Assembly (NCBI GenBank): GCA_947472795.1
Contig: CANJBL010000013.1
Coordinates: 3,553 to 67,552 of the forward strand
Length of the DNA stretch: 64,000 bases
Source of the DNA: Fidelibacterota bacterium
Lineage (GTDB): Bacteria; Pseudomonadota; Alphaproteobacteria; Rhodospirillales; Rhodospirillaceae
Reading direction: 5' to 3'
Shown one piece after another: positions 18,865-26,661 of this stretch (position 1 is its first letter; every line of letters begins with the position of its first letter). The translations under genes and the position numbers were made by a program. The notes beneath the pieces were generated by a model. It was given only the letters and a program-made list of their open reading frames with translations, searched no databases and had not been told where the DNA came from.

Positions 18865-21056
18865 ACAAGGTTTCCGCAATTACACCCGAGGTCATCAAGA
18901 CGCATGGCCTTTCGGATGATGAATATAAGCGTGTTCTTGAAGTGCTGGGCCGCGAGCCCAACCTTGTGGAGCTGGGCATCTTCTCGGTGATGTGGTCGGA
19001 GCATTGCTCCTACAAGTCCTCGAAGAAGTGGCTGAAGACACTGCCAACCACAGCGCCTTGGGTCATCTGCGGCCCCGGCGAGAACGCGGGCGTCATCGAT
19101 ATTGGTGAAGGTCTGGCTGCCATCTTCAAGATGGAAAGCCACAACCATCCCTCGTTCATCGAGCCCTACCAGGGTGCGGCGACGGGCGTGGGCGGCATCC
19201 TGCGCGACGTGTTCACCATGGGTGCGCGCCCCATCGCCAATATGAACGCGCTGCGCTTCGGCGACCCTAAGCACCCCAAGACCCGGCACTTGGTGGCGGG
19301 CGTGGTGGCGGGCATCGGCGGGTACGGCAATTGCGTCGGCGTGCCGACCGTGGGCGGGGAAGTGAACTTCCACGCGAGCTACAACGGCAACATCCTGGTC
19401 AACGCCATGACGGTTGGCTTGGCGCAGCAGGATAAGATTTTCTATTCCGCCGCCGCGGGTGCTGGAAACCCGGTGGTGTACGTCGGCTCGAAGACGGGCC
19501 GCGATGGCATCCACGGCGCGACGATGGCGAGCGCGGAGTTCGATGCGAACTCCGAAGAGAAGCGCCCGACAGTGCAAGTGGGCGACCCGTTCACGGAGAA
19601 GCTGCTCATCGAAGCCTGCATGGAGCTGATGCAAACCGACGTCATCCAGTCGATTCAGGACATGGGCGCCGCCGGCCTGACCAGTTCATCCTTCGAAATG
19701 GCCTCAAAGGGCGGCATGGGCGTGGAACTAGATATGAACGCCGTGCCCTGCCGCGAAGAAGGCATGACGCCCTACGAGATGATGCTCTCCGAGAGCCAGG
19801 AAAGAATGTTGATCATTCTCAAGCCGGGCAAGGAAGACGTCGCGCGCAAGATTTTCGAGAAGTGGGAACTGGATTTCGCCGTCATCGGCCACCTGACCGA
19901 CACGGGCCGCATGGTGCTGAAGTTCAACGGCGAGACGGTGTGCGATCTGCCTATCGATCCCCTCGCCCAGGCTTCGCCGGAATATGACCGCCCCTGGGTG
20001 CCGACTGTGAAGCAGGCCGCGCTGGCCTCCGCCTCCGTGAAGGATGTTCCGTGGCCGGAAGCTCTGAAGACACTGATGGGCTGCCCCGACATCGCCAGCC
20101 GCCGCTGGGTGTGGGAGCAGTACGACCACATGGTCATGATGGATACGGCGCAGCGCCCCGGTGGGGATGCGGCTGTGGTGCGCATTCACCGGTCCAACCG
20201 CGCGCTCGCCATCACCACCGACTGCACGCCGCGCTATGTGAAGGCCGATCCCTTCGAGGGCGGCAAGCAGGCCGTCGCCGAGACCTGGCGCAACCTGACC
20301 GCCGTGGGCGCGCGTCCGCTGGCCATCACCGACAACCTCAACTTCGGCAACCCGCAGAAGCCCGAGATCATGGGCCAGATCGTGGAAGCCATCAAAGGCA
20401 TCGGCGAAGCCTGCAAGGCGCTCGATTACCCGGTCATCTCAGGCAACGTCTCGCTCTACAACGAGACCGACGGCAGCCCTATTCTGCCGACACCGGCCAT
20501 TGGTGGTGTGGGCATTCTCGATGATCTCGACACCATGGCGACAGTTGCCTTCAAAGCCGAAGGCGAAACGCTGCTGCTCATCGGCCAGACGAACGAGAAG
20601 GATGGCTGGCTAGGCCAATCGCTGTACTTGCGTGAAATCGCCGGTCAGGAGAAAGGCGCGCCGCCGCCGGTGGACTTGGTGCACGAGCGCAAAAGCGGCG
20701 ACGTGGTGCGCAGCCTTATTCGCGGTGGCAAAGTCACCGCATGCCATGACCTCGCCGACGGCGGCTTATTGGTCGCTGTCACCGAGATGGCGCTGGCCGG
20801 CAATATCGGCTGCCGCCTGGAAAACCTCGTGGCGAAACCGGGCGTGCTTTTCGGTGAAGACCAGGGGCGTTATCTCGTCACCACCAAGGATGCAGGCACG
20901 GTGGAAGCCGCCGCCAAACAGGCTGGCGTCAGCGTGAGCCGCATCGGCGCGACAACGGGTAAAGCCTTAAGCTTCGCCGGTCAAAGCGTTGAATTGGCCG
21001 AGCTACGCCGCATGCACGAAGAATGGTTCCCGGCCTATATGGCCGCACCCAAATAA
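18861..21056 (+). CDS. purL: phosphoribosylformylglycinamidine synthase subunit PurL
   Basis: [22 protein letters not shown]...SEHCSYKSS...ESHNHPS. The ATG overlaps the purQ stop (ATGA). The 1012-aa track ORF is an upstream extension across purS/purQ. Confidence 0.95.
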   Translation: MNKVSAITPEVIKTHGLSDDEYKRVLEVLGREPNLVELGIFSVMWSEHCSYKSSKKWLKTLPTTAPWVICGPGENAGVIDIGEGLAAIFKMESHNHPSFIEPYQGAATGVGGILRDVFTMGARPIANMNALRFGDPKHPKTRHLVAGVVAGIGGYGNCVGVPTVGGEVNFHASYNGNILVNAMTVGLAQQDKIFYSAAAGAGNPVVYVGSKTGRDGIHGATMASAEFDANSEEKRPTVQVGDPFTEKLLIEACMELMQTDVIQSIQDMGAAGLTSSSFEMASKGGMGVELDMNAVPCREEGMTPYEMMLSESQERMLIILKPGKEDVARKIFEKWELDFAVIGHLTDTGRMVLKFNGETVCDLPIDPLAQASPEYDRPWVPTVKQAALASASVKDVPWPEALKTLMGCPDIASRRWVWEQYDHMVMMDTAQRPGGDAAVVRIHRSNRALAITTDCTPRYVKADPFEGGKQAVAETWRNLTAVGARPLAITDNLNFGNPQKPEIMGQIVEAIKGIGEACKALDYPVISGNVSLYNETDGSPILPTPAIGGVGILDDLDTMATVAFKAEGETLLLIGQTNEKDGWLGQSLYLREIAGQEKGAPPPVDLVHERKSGDVVRSLIRGGKVTACHDLADGGLLVAVTEMALAGNIGCRLENLVAKPGVLFGEDQGRYLVTTKDAGTVEAAAKQAGVSVSRIGATTGKALSFAGQSVELAELRRMHEEWFPAYMAAPK

Positions 21057-21067
21057 GGAGACCCGCT

Positions 21068-21298
21068 ATGGCCATGGCCGCTGCTGACATCGAAACGATG
21101 ATCAAAGACGCCTTTCCTGACGCCGATGTGTCCATTCAGGACTTGGCCGGCGACGGCAATCATTACGCCGCCACGGTGACCTCCGGGGCCTTTGCGGGCA
21201 AAAGCCGCGTGCAGCAGCATCAGATGGTCTATGCGGCCCTGAAGGGCAAAATGGGCGGGGAATTGCACGCCTTGGCCCTGACAACCCAGGTCCGCTAG
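21068..21298 (+). CDS. BolA-family protein
   Basis: 76 aa: ...DLAGDGNHYAATVTSGAFAGKSRVQQHQMVY..L...GELHALAL is the BolA signature. It sits upstream of a monothiol glutaredoxin, which is classic pairing. Confidence 0.9.
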   Translation: MAMAAADIETMIKDAFPDADVSIQDLAGDGNHYAATVTSGAFAGKSRVQQHQMVYAALKGKMGGELHALALTTQVR

Positions 21299-21396
21299 TA
21301 CAGCTTACGGCGCGGCTTGTCCTTTCGGGTGCTTGTAGTTTTAAGCAGGCAGCCTATATTCCGCCCATCGGACGAACAACCTCGAGGGTTTTCCCT

Positions 21397-21726
21397 ATGA
21401 CGACTCCGGCTATTGACCAAATCAAGAAAGACCTGAGCGAGAACGACGTGGTGCTGTTCATGAAGGGCACTCCGGCGGCCCCCATGTGCGGCTTCTCGGC
21501 GGCGGTGGTACAGGTGCTGTCGCACATCGGCGTGAAGTTCAAAGGCGTGAATGTGCTGGCCGACAACGACGTGCGCCAGGGCATCAAGGACTTCTCCAAC
21601 TGGCCGACGATCCCCCAGCTGTATGTGAAGGGCGAATTCGTCGGCGGCTGCGACATCGTGCGCGAGATGGCCGAAGCCGGCGAGCTTCAGACGCTCATGA
21701 AGGAAAAGCAGGTCGCGACGGCGTAA
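21397..21726 (+). CDS. grxD: Grx4-family monothiol glutaredoxin
   Basis: VVLFMKGTPAAPMCGFS...WPTIPQLYVKGEFVGGCDI, with the CGFS active site. Confidence 0.95.
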   Translation: MTTPAIDQIKKDLSENDVVLFMKGTPAAPMCGFSAAVVQVLSHIGVKFKGVNVLADNDVRQGIKDFSNWPTIPQLYVKGEFVGGCDIVREMAEAGELQTLMKEKQVATA

Positions 21727-21752
21727 GCCTTAGAGACAAGCTCGATAAAACA

Positions 21753-21786
21753 AAACGGCGCTCATGAGAGAGCGCCGTTTTTTGTT
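21753..21786. terminator. bidirectional rho-independent terminator shared by grxD (+) and cassette 1 (-)
   Basis: aaacggcgctc-atgaga-gagcgccgttt, with T-runs on both strands. Confidence 0.85.
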
Positions 21787-21815
21787 TGTGGTCTTTGAGA
21801 CCCAAATCATTCTTC

Positions 21816-22232
21816 TTATTCGTTGTACAGATGAAGCTTTTTCGCCTCCTCATCCGTAAAGTATTTTGCGTTCTTCATATCCGCAATGCACGCGCCCATC
21901 ATGTGGCCAGGCTCGTCTGGGCCATGCTGGCAGACTTCGAAGTCTGCAAAAACCGTATAATCCTGCTTCTCTATTTTCTGGTAAAGGTCCGGGAATTGAT
22001 CCTCCACATCTCGCCAATAGAGGCATAAGTGTCGCTTGGTGCCCACGGGCCATAATATAATGTGGCTATCTGCATACACGGTTACTCGCGCGTGAACTTC
22101 CCGGCACTCCTGGAGCGCATAGTCGCTAGGTCGGCAACCGATCTGGTCAGCGGCAAATGACGTCGTCGCGCAGAGTAGGCTGAGTGCGCAAAGACTGGGT
22201 AGAAAGCGGTTCATTGCTAGCATCTCGGTCAA
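21816..22232 (-). CDS. small secreted protein, candidate orphan immunity protein
   Basis: 138-aa ORF, AT-richer than the flanks. It has the signal peptide MNRFLPSLCALSLLCATTSFA. It is last in the cassette 1 gene string. Start is TTG 22232, ATG 22223 or ATG 22214. Confidence 0.6.
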   Translation of the reverse strand: MTEMLAMNRFLPSLCALSLLCATTSFAADQIGCRPSDYALQECREVHARVTVYADSHIILWPVGTKRHLCLYWRDVEDQFPDLYQKIEKQDYTVFADFEVCQHGPDEPGHMMGACIADMKNAKYFTDEEAKKLHLYNE

Positions 22233-22241
22233 ATTGAAGGA

Positions 22242-22757
22242 TTAAGTTTCTGCGGTCCTTATCGCTTTGGCTCTGCAAATCCTTGCGGGGTCGCGCAGAC
22301 CTGCTCTTCTCTCGCTCTCTTTGAATTCGTCTTTCACTATCTCATGCACGTGCTCGCGCATCGTAAAGAGAGCGCACGGCTCCCCATTTGTGCTTTCTAC
22401 CTGCTCGATACGGAGCAATCGCCACCCGAAGCCGTTGTGTGTCTTGAAACCGAACCTGAGGAGAAAATCGGGATTAAATACAGCAATATAGATCGCCTCT
22501 CCTTTACATTTGTCAGCCACGTTGGATTCGATGCAATCGATCAAACCGTTTTGATAGTGAAATGCGCGAATGGGAAAGTCCGTGGGATTATCAATAGCTG
22601 CTGCATATCCAATACCCTTACCGGACTCACCAACGGGGCTGAGATTTTCCATCAGGTCCAACACCGCGTCAGGCAGGTTCTCCATTTCTGCCGCAAGGAC
22701 GTACTGCGGCAGAAATGCAAAAAGTGCGGCAAAAGCGATGCGTGTGAACGGGATCAT
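22242..22757 (-). CDS. small secreted protein, candidate orphan immunity protein
   Basis: 171-aa ORF with signal peptide MIPFTRIAFAALFAFLPQYVLAA. Its ATG overlaps the upstream stop (ATGA at 22754-22757). Confidence 0.65.
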   Translation of the reverse strand: MIPFTRIAFAALFAFLPQYVLAAEMENLPDAVLDLMENLSPVGESGKGIGYAAAIDNPTDFPIRAFHYQNGLIDCIESNVADKCKGEAIYIAVFNPDFLLRFGFKTHNGFGWRLLRIEQVESTNGEPCALFTMREHVHEIVKDEFKESERRAGLRDPARICRAKAIRTAET

Positions 22758-23365
22758 TTAGCACCGTTGTTTTTCGGCTTCCATAGCATCGGCGGCAAAT
22801 CGGAGTCCGCTCCACTGAGATCGATGTGCGGAGCATCATCGCCGTCTTCAATGTCGTCGATGTCAGCTTGGCATTCGTCTAGAAGCCAAATGCCTCGCTT
22901 TCTCTCAAAAACAAAGTCGCAATCAAAATAATCTTTTGCCCAAGCTTCTGCGACTTTCACGTTGCCCTTCTCAGGCGCCAACGAAAATACCGCCTCGATT
23001 GAGCCATCGTGTACGTAGGTATTTACCTGCACGATCTCCGCCGCCGTCACCAAGTCGTAGTATGAATGTCCGTTGAGCGGGCCAAAGAATATATCGACAG
23101 CTTCTTCATCCATCAGCCCATCAACACAATGGTCTGGATCCGTGGGAAGACATTTCGAACGTGGCGATATGGCGAGAGCGAGAGCTTTGTCTTTGGTCTC
23201 GATGGCCTTTAGGAAGCACCCGATCGCCCAACCGACCTGCGACGTGACCAAATTATTGGGCACATAGCCTGGACACGACGCAAGCGGCGTACCATCGAGA
23301 TCGTCTTTCGCATACGATACATTCGAACAGAAAAGTACCGCAATGATGAGGATGCAAAATTTCAT
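22754..23365 (-). CDS. secreted protein, candidate cognate immunity protein for the M23 toxin
   Basis: 203-aa ORF with signal peptide MKFCILIIAVLFCSNVSYA. Its ATG overlaps the toxin stop (ATGA at 23362-23365). Low GC. Confidence 0.65.
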   Translation of the reverse strand: MKFCILIIAVLFCSNVSYAKDDLDGTPLASCPGYVPNNLVTSQVGWAIGCFLKAIETKDKALALAISPRSKCLPTDPDHCVDGLMDEEAVDIFFGPLNGHSYYDLVTAAEIVQVNTYVHDGSIEAVFSLAPEKGNVKVAEAWAKDYFDCDFVFERKRGIWLLDECQADIDDIEDGDDAPHIDLSGADSDLPPMLWKPKNNGAK

Positions 23366-24267
23366 GGCCTTCCTAGCCAGCCGAGATCTTCAAATATAAG
23401 GTTGGGATCTTCAACGCGGCTACCGCGTGTTGCCGGCGCATCGGGCGTTCCCGGGCGATATGTAAAGTGAAGATGCGGGCCAGTCCCTTCACCCGAGCCG
23501 TTTGTGAATCCAATCTGGCTTCCAGCCGCGACATCCTGACCTACTTTCAGTCCACCGACCGCCCTAGTGTGGGCGTAGCCATACAGATTGCCAGACGCGT
23601 CTCTAATCGTAATGTAGTTGCCGCTTTTAGAATCTTTTCCAATCTCCACCACCTTACCACCAACAACGCTTCGAATGGGTTGATTGGGACGAGAACAAAG
23701 GTCCACGCCGTTGTGAGGAACCGGCCTATTTTCAGTACTGCCGAAATCGTCGCCGCCAATTATCGCACCATTTATCGTCGGATAAAACTTCGCCTGTGTG
23801 CGGCTTTTAGGCAATGGCTTACCTGTGACAGTAATCCCTTCTGTCGGTGGGCCATCAATGACAACGGGCGACCCGCCACCACCCCCAGTGTCCACCCGCC
23901 CTGCGCCGACCTCATCATAGCCGGGTGAGGAAAATGAGCCGGAGTCCACGTAGGGGGAACCAATGGTCGTAACGGATTCCCCGTTGTCGGTGAAACCGTC
24001 GTAAGAGCCCTCGAACTCCGGCAGTCCAGTGTTCGGGTTAATGCGGTTCTTGCGGCTGCCGATGCGCAAAGAGTCGAAAGGTATGTTGTTGGCTGCGGCG
24101 GCCTGGCGGAGAAGGGAAAGAAGTTCCGGGGTTTGCAGAAACTCTGGGAGGATGATCTCGCCGGGCGTCAGGTGCGCGAGATGGCCGAAGCCGGCGAGCT
24201 TCAGACGCTCATGAAGGAAAAGCAGGTCGCGACGGCGTAAAGCCCGAGACACCTTCGGATAAAACAA
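23362..24267 (-). CDS. M23 (LytM-type) peptidoglycan endopeptidase toxin whose N-terminal module is truncated and fused to antisense grxD sequence (orphan, possibly silent)
   Basis: The C-terminus has HNGVD (HxxxD) and GPHLHF (HxH), which are M23 zinc motifs. Residues 31-150 (AHLTPGEIILPEFLQTPELL...GGGGGSPVVIDGPPTEGITV) match the paralogs at 24968..25864 and 26662..27756. Residues 1-32 are read from the reverse strand of a duplicated grxD 3' fragment, and a terminator hairpin lies immediately upstream. Confidence 0.7.
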   Translation of the reverse strand: MFYPKVSRALRRRDLLFLHERLKLAGFGHLAHLTPGEIILPEFLQTPELLSLLRQAAAANNIPFDSLRIGSRKNRINPNTGLPEFEGSYDGFTDNGESVTTIGSPYVDSGSFSSPGYDEVGAGRVDTGGGGGSPVVIDGPPTEGITVTGKPLPKSRTQAKFYPTINGAIIGGDDFGSTENRPVPHNGVDLCSRPNQPIRSVVGGKVVEIGKDSKSGNYITIRDASGNLYGYAHTRAVGGLKVGQDVAAGSQIGFTNGSGEGTGPHLHFTYRPGTPDAPATRGSRVEDPNLIFEDLGWLGRP

Positions 24268-24299
24268 AACGGCGCTCCAAGAGAGCGCCGTTTTTATTT
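24172..24299 (+). repeat. duplicated copy of the grxD 3' end plus its terminator (direct repeat of 21658..21786)
   Basis: 69 nt (gtgcgcgagatggccgaagccggcgagcttcagacgctcatgaaggaaaagcaggtcgcgacggcgtaa) are identical to 21658-21726. A diverged ~20-nt spacer follows. The terminator hairpin aaaacggcgctc-caaga-gagcgccgttttt then follows. Confidence 0.95.
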
Positions 24300-24314
24300 G
24301 GCTTCGTACGCAGA

Positions 24315-24986
24315 CTAATTAAGTGGTTTAAGCGCCGACGTTACCTTCTCAAGCAATTCATCGGCGGCATTCTTGTTCTTGATATGCACGTACGATGCGA
24401 CCGTATATCCACGCCCACCATTTTTGTAAGCAGGATCAGGACGGTATGCGAGAAAAGCCTTCGAGTATCTGTCATAGGCCACATCCTCACGCGTGCAGGC
24501 GACGGTATTTAAACCCATGATGCGTGTTCCTGCGGACGCAATTGACACCGGGGCAGTTGATGGACCTAGACCGCCATCTTTAGACGCCGGACGCGGGCTT
24601 TTGCAGTACGGCTTGCCTACGTAGTCAATGTAGTCATCCAGGGTTTCAACGACGAGCGGCGTATCAAGATATGGGGCGATGACGACAAAGTCGGGTTTGT
24701 CGTCATCGCTCGTACCCATTTTAAGATTCTCACACCCGATTTCTCTGTCCAGCAACACATAGAACCAAAGATCGCTCGAATAACTGTTTGCAATGCTGCA
24801 GACACGAAACCCATCCGGAAGTTTCTCTATTCGAATATTATTTCTGTCGAAGTCATATGGCAGCTCAACGGGGGCCCAATGCGGACGTGGCTCTTTGCCA
24901 CCCAAATCAGCTGCAATAGTTTGTGATATCCAAATCACCACGAACAAACCAAGAAGAACAGCAAGCCTCAATGTCCCTGCTCCCAT
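24315..24986 (-). CDS. secreted or membrane-anchored protein, candidate immunity protein for the glucosaminidase-like toxin
   Basis: 223-aa ORF. N-terminal hydrophobic segment LRLAVLLGLFVVIWISQTIAA. It overlaps the toxin 3' end by 19 nt. Low GC. Confidence 0.65.
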   Translation of the reverse strand: MGAGTLRLAVLLGLFVVIWISQTIAADLGGKEPRPHWAPVELPYDFDRNNIRIEKLPDGFRVCSIANSYSSDLWFYVLLDREIGCENLKMGTSDDDKPDFVVIAPYLDTPLVVETLDDYIDYVGKPYCKSPRPASKDGGLGPSTAPVSIASAGTRIMGLNTVACTREDVAYDRYSKAFLAYRPDPAYKNGGRGYTVASYVHIKNKNAADELLEKVTSALKPLN

Positions 24987-25864
24987 ATGGGCAAACGGTT
25001 ATTAACTGTATCGATCGCGCCTCTGATTAGGTCCGTGTAGCCGCTATGATTATTATACATATTATTGGGGTCCTCCCCCAACTCTCTCATAAAATCATCT
25101 AGGTTGCTCTTGCCCTGTAAGCGGTTGAAAAATTGAGTACCTCTAAACGCGTCAATTGAAGCCTGATTCGTCGGATAGCTATAGGGCTTCTCATTCGCAT
25201 CACTCAGTCCAAATAAATTATTTTTCTTAGACTGACCCCAAGCGCTTTCATGAGCGGCGAGGCCAAGAATGAAATTTGGAGGTACCTTCATCTCATTTGC
25301 TAGCGCGGTGAGAGGACCAGTATATGACCTGAAGAACGCATTCACGTGTGGCGGATTTAAGCTTTTTGGGGTTACCGTAATCCCCTCTGTCGGCGGGCCA
25401 GGAACGACATATGGTTGCCCACCGCCGCCGCCCGTGTCCACTTGCCCGCCGCTGACCAAATCAAAGCCGGGTGAGGAAAATGAACCGGAGTCCACGTAGG
25501 GCGAACCAATGGTCGCAACGGATTCCCCGTTGTCGGTGAAACCGTCGTAAGAGCCCTCGAACTCCGGCAGTCCAGCGTTCGGGTTAATGCGGTTCTTGCG
25601 GCTGCCGATGCGCAAAGAGTCGAAAGGTATGTTGTTGGCCGCAGCTGCCTGGCGCAGAAGGGAGAGAAGTTCTGGGGTTTGCAGAAACTCCGGGAGGATG
25701 ATCTCGCCGGGCGTCAGATGCGCCATCTCGGTGTCGCCACCACGGCCCTGGGCAGCGAGGGCCTTGGCCTGACGGGCGCGTTCCTTCTGGCGCTTTTTCT
25801 CGAGGGCTACGGCCTGCTCGCGCGTCAACGCGCCGGGGCTGTTGTTGCGGAAGAGTTCGGTCAT
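24968..25864 (-). CDS. polymorphic toxin: conserved N-terminal module fused to a glucosaminidase/muramidase-like (FlgJ C-terminal type) peptidoglycan glycosidase domain
   Basis: 298 aa with an AAGGAG RBS. Residues 1-165 are shared with 26662..27756. The C-terminal ...ILGLAAHESAWGQSKKNNLFG... resembles the catalytic-Glu block of Glucosaminidase (PF01832) domains. No signal peptide. Confidence 0.8.
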   Translation of the reverse strand: MTELFRNNSPGALTREQAVALEKKRQKERARQAKALAAQGRGGDTEMAHLTPGEIILPEFLQTPELLSLLRQAAAANNIPFDSLRIGSRKNRINPNAGLPEFEGSYDGFTDNGESVATIGSPYVDSGSFSSPGFDLVSGGQVDTGGGGGQPYVVPGPPTEGITVTPKSLNPPHVNAFFRSYTGPLTALANEMKVPPNFILGLAAHESAWGQSKKNNLFGLSDANEKPYSYPTNQASIDAFRGTQFFNRLQGKSNLDDFMRELGEDPNNMYNNHSGYTDLIRGAIDTVNNRLPIWEQGH

Positions 25865-25960
25865 GGGAAGCGTGCTCCTTTTCTAAAAACAAAAGCAGCT
25901 TCCGTCATAGAATTATCGCGCCTCGCCGCCAATCCGTGCGGCCGCTGTTCCGCCCGCTTT
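25865..25960 (-). promoter_or_regulatory. conserved 5' leader/promoter block of the toxin genes, with a hairpin covering the Shine-Dalgarno
   Basis: About 95 nt nearly identical to 27757..27850. On the mRNA strand it reads GGAAGCUGCUUUU-GUUUUUAG-AAAAGGAGCACGCUUCC and ends 1 nt before the AUG (25866..25903). Confidence 0.55.
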
Positions 25961-25971
25961 TCAAGTTATCC

Positions 25972-26014
25972 AAAAACAAAACGGCGCTCTGTTGAGAGCC
26001 CCGTTCTTTGTTTC
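25972..26014. terminator. third, slightly degenerate copy of the AAAACAAAACGGCGCTC...CCGTT terminator; ends cassette 3
   Basis: caaaaacaaaacggcgctct-gttgag-agccccgttctttgttt has one stem mismatch and a U-run on the minus strand downstream of the stop at 26053. Confidence 0.7.
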
Positions 26015-26052
26015 AAGAAAAAGGTCAATAATTGCGACAGCATAGTGTTTGG

Positions 26053-26619
26053 CTATGAACAGCCCTCGATAAGGCGAATAGCATCCGGCGTTCCAGAGCG
26101 GAAAGTTGTTACTTTATTGTCGTTTGTCTCAAACAGGAGACCACGTTGCATGTCGCTCCGAAGCACTTCCAAATAGTGGCCCGCTTCTTCGAGATAGGGG
26201 TGAGGAGATATCTCCACTTTGGCGCCATAGCCTTCCTTAATCTGCTCTTCCGTCGATCCAACCCGAATACCCTTCTCTGTAGAAATGTATGGATCGACAG
26301 TCTCGGTCTTTCCGAGTTCACGCTCCTCGATATCGATCCGCACAATCTCATTGTCTTGGACCATGTAATAGACCTGAGGATCAACACCATCTGCACGATG
26401 GGCGTACCAACAACTATCTTCTTCAAAGTCGAGCTTGGGGCTAAACTTCGCGCCAAGTGCTTCCTCTGCTTGACTGGGCGTCATCCCGATGCGCACCGGC
26501 CCTAACCCGTCGAAGGTTAGGATTTGGTCCGGCGTGTTCTCGGCCTCCAAAGCGGCATGCGATAGCGCGCAACACGCGAGAGAAGCAGCCGCGAGAACCT
26601 TGATCGATGTGCTTAACAT
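26053..26619 (-). CDS. secreted protein, candidate immunity protein for the LAS/MepA-like toxin
   Basis: 188-aa ORF with signal peptide MLSTSIKVLAAASLACCALSHA. It lies 42 nt downstream of the toxin stop. Low GC. Confidence 0.65.
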   Translation of the reverse strand: MLSTSIKVLAAASLACCALSHAALEAENTPDQILTFDGLGPVRIGMTPSQAEEALGAKFSPKLDFEEDSCWYAHRADGVDPQVYYMVQDNEIVRIDIEERELGKTETVDPYISTEKGIRVGSTEEQIKEGYGAKVEISPHPYLEEAGHYLEVLRSDMQRGLLFETNDNKVTTFRSGTPDAIRLIEGCS

Positions 26620-26661
26620 GGCACTGCAATCCCTTTCGCTACCTAGCGATGCCTCTATATA

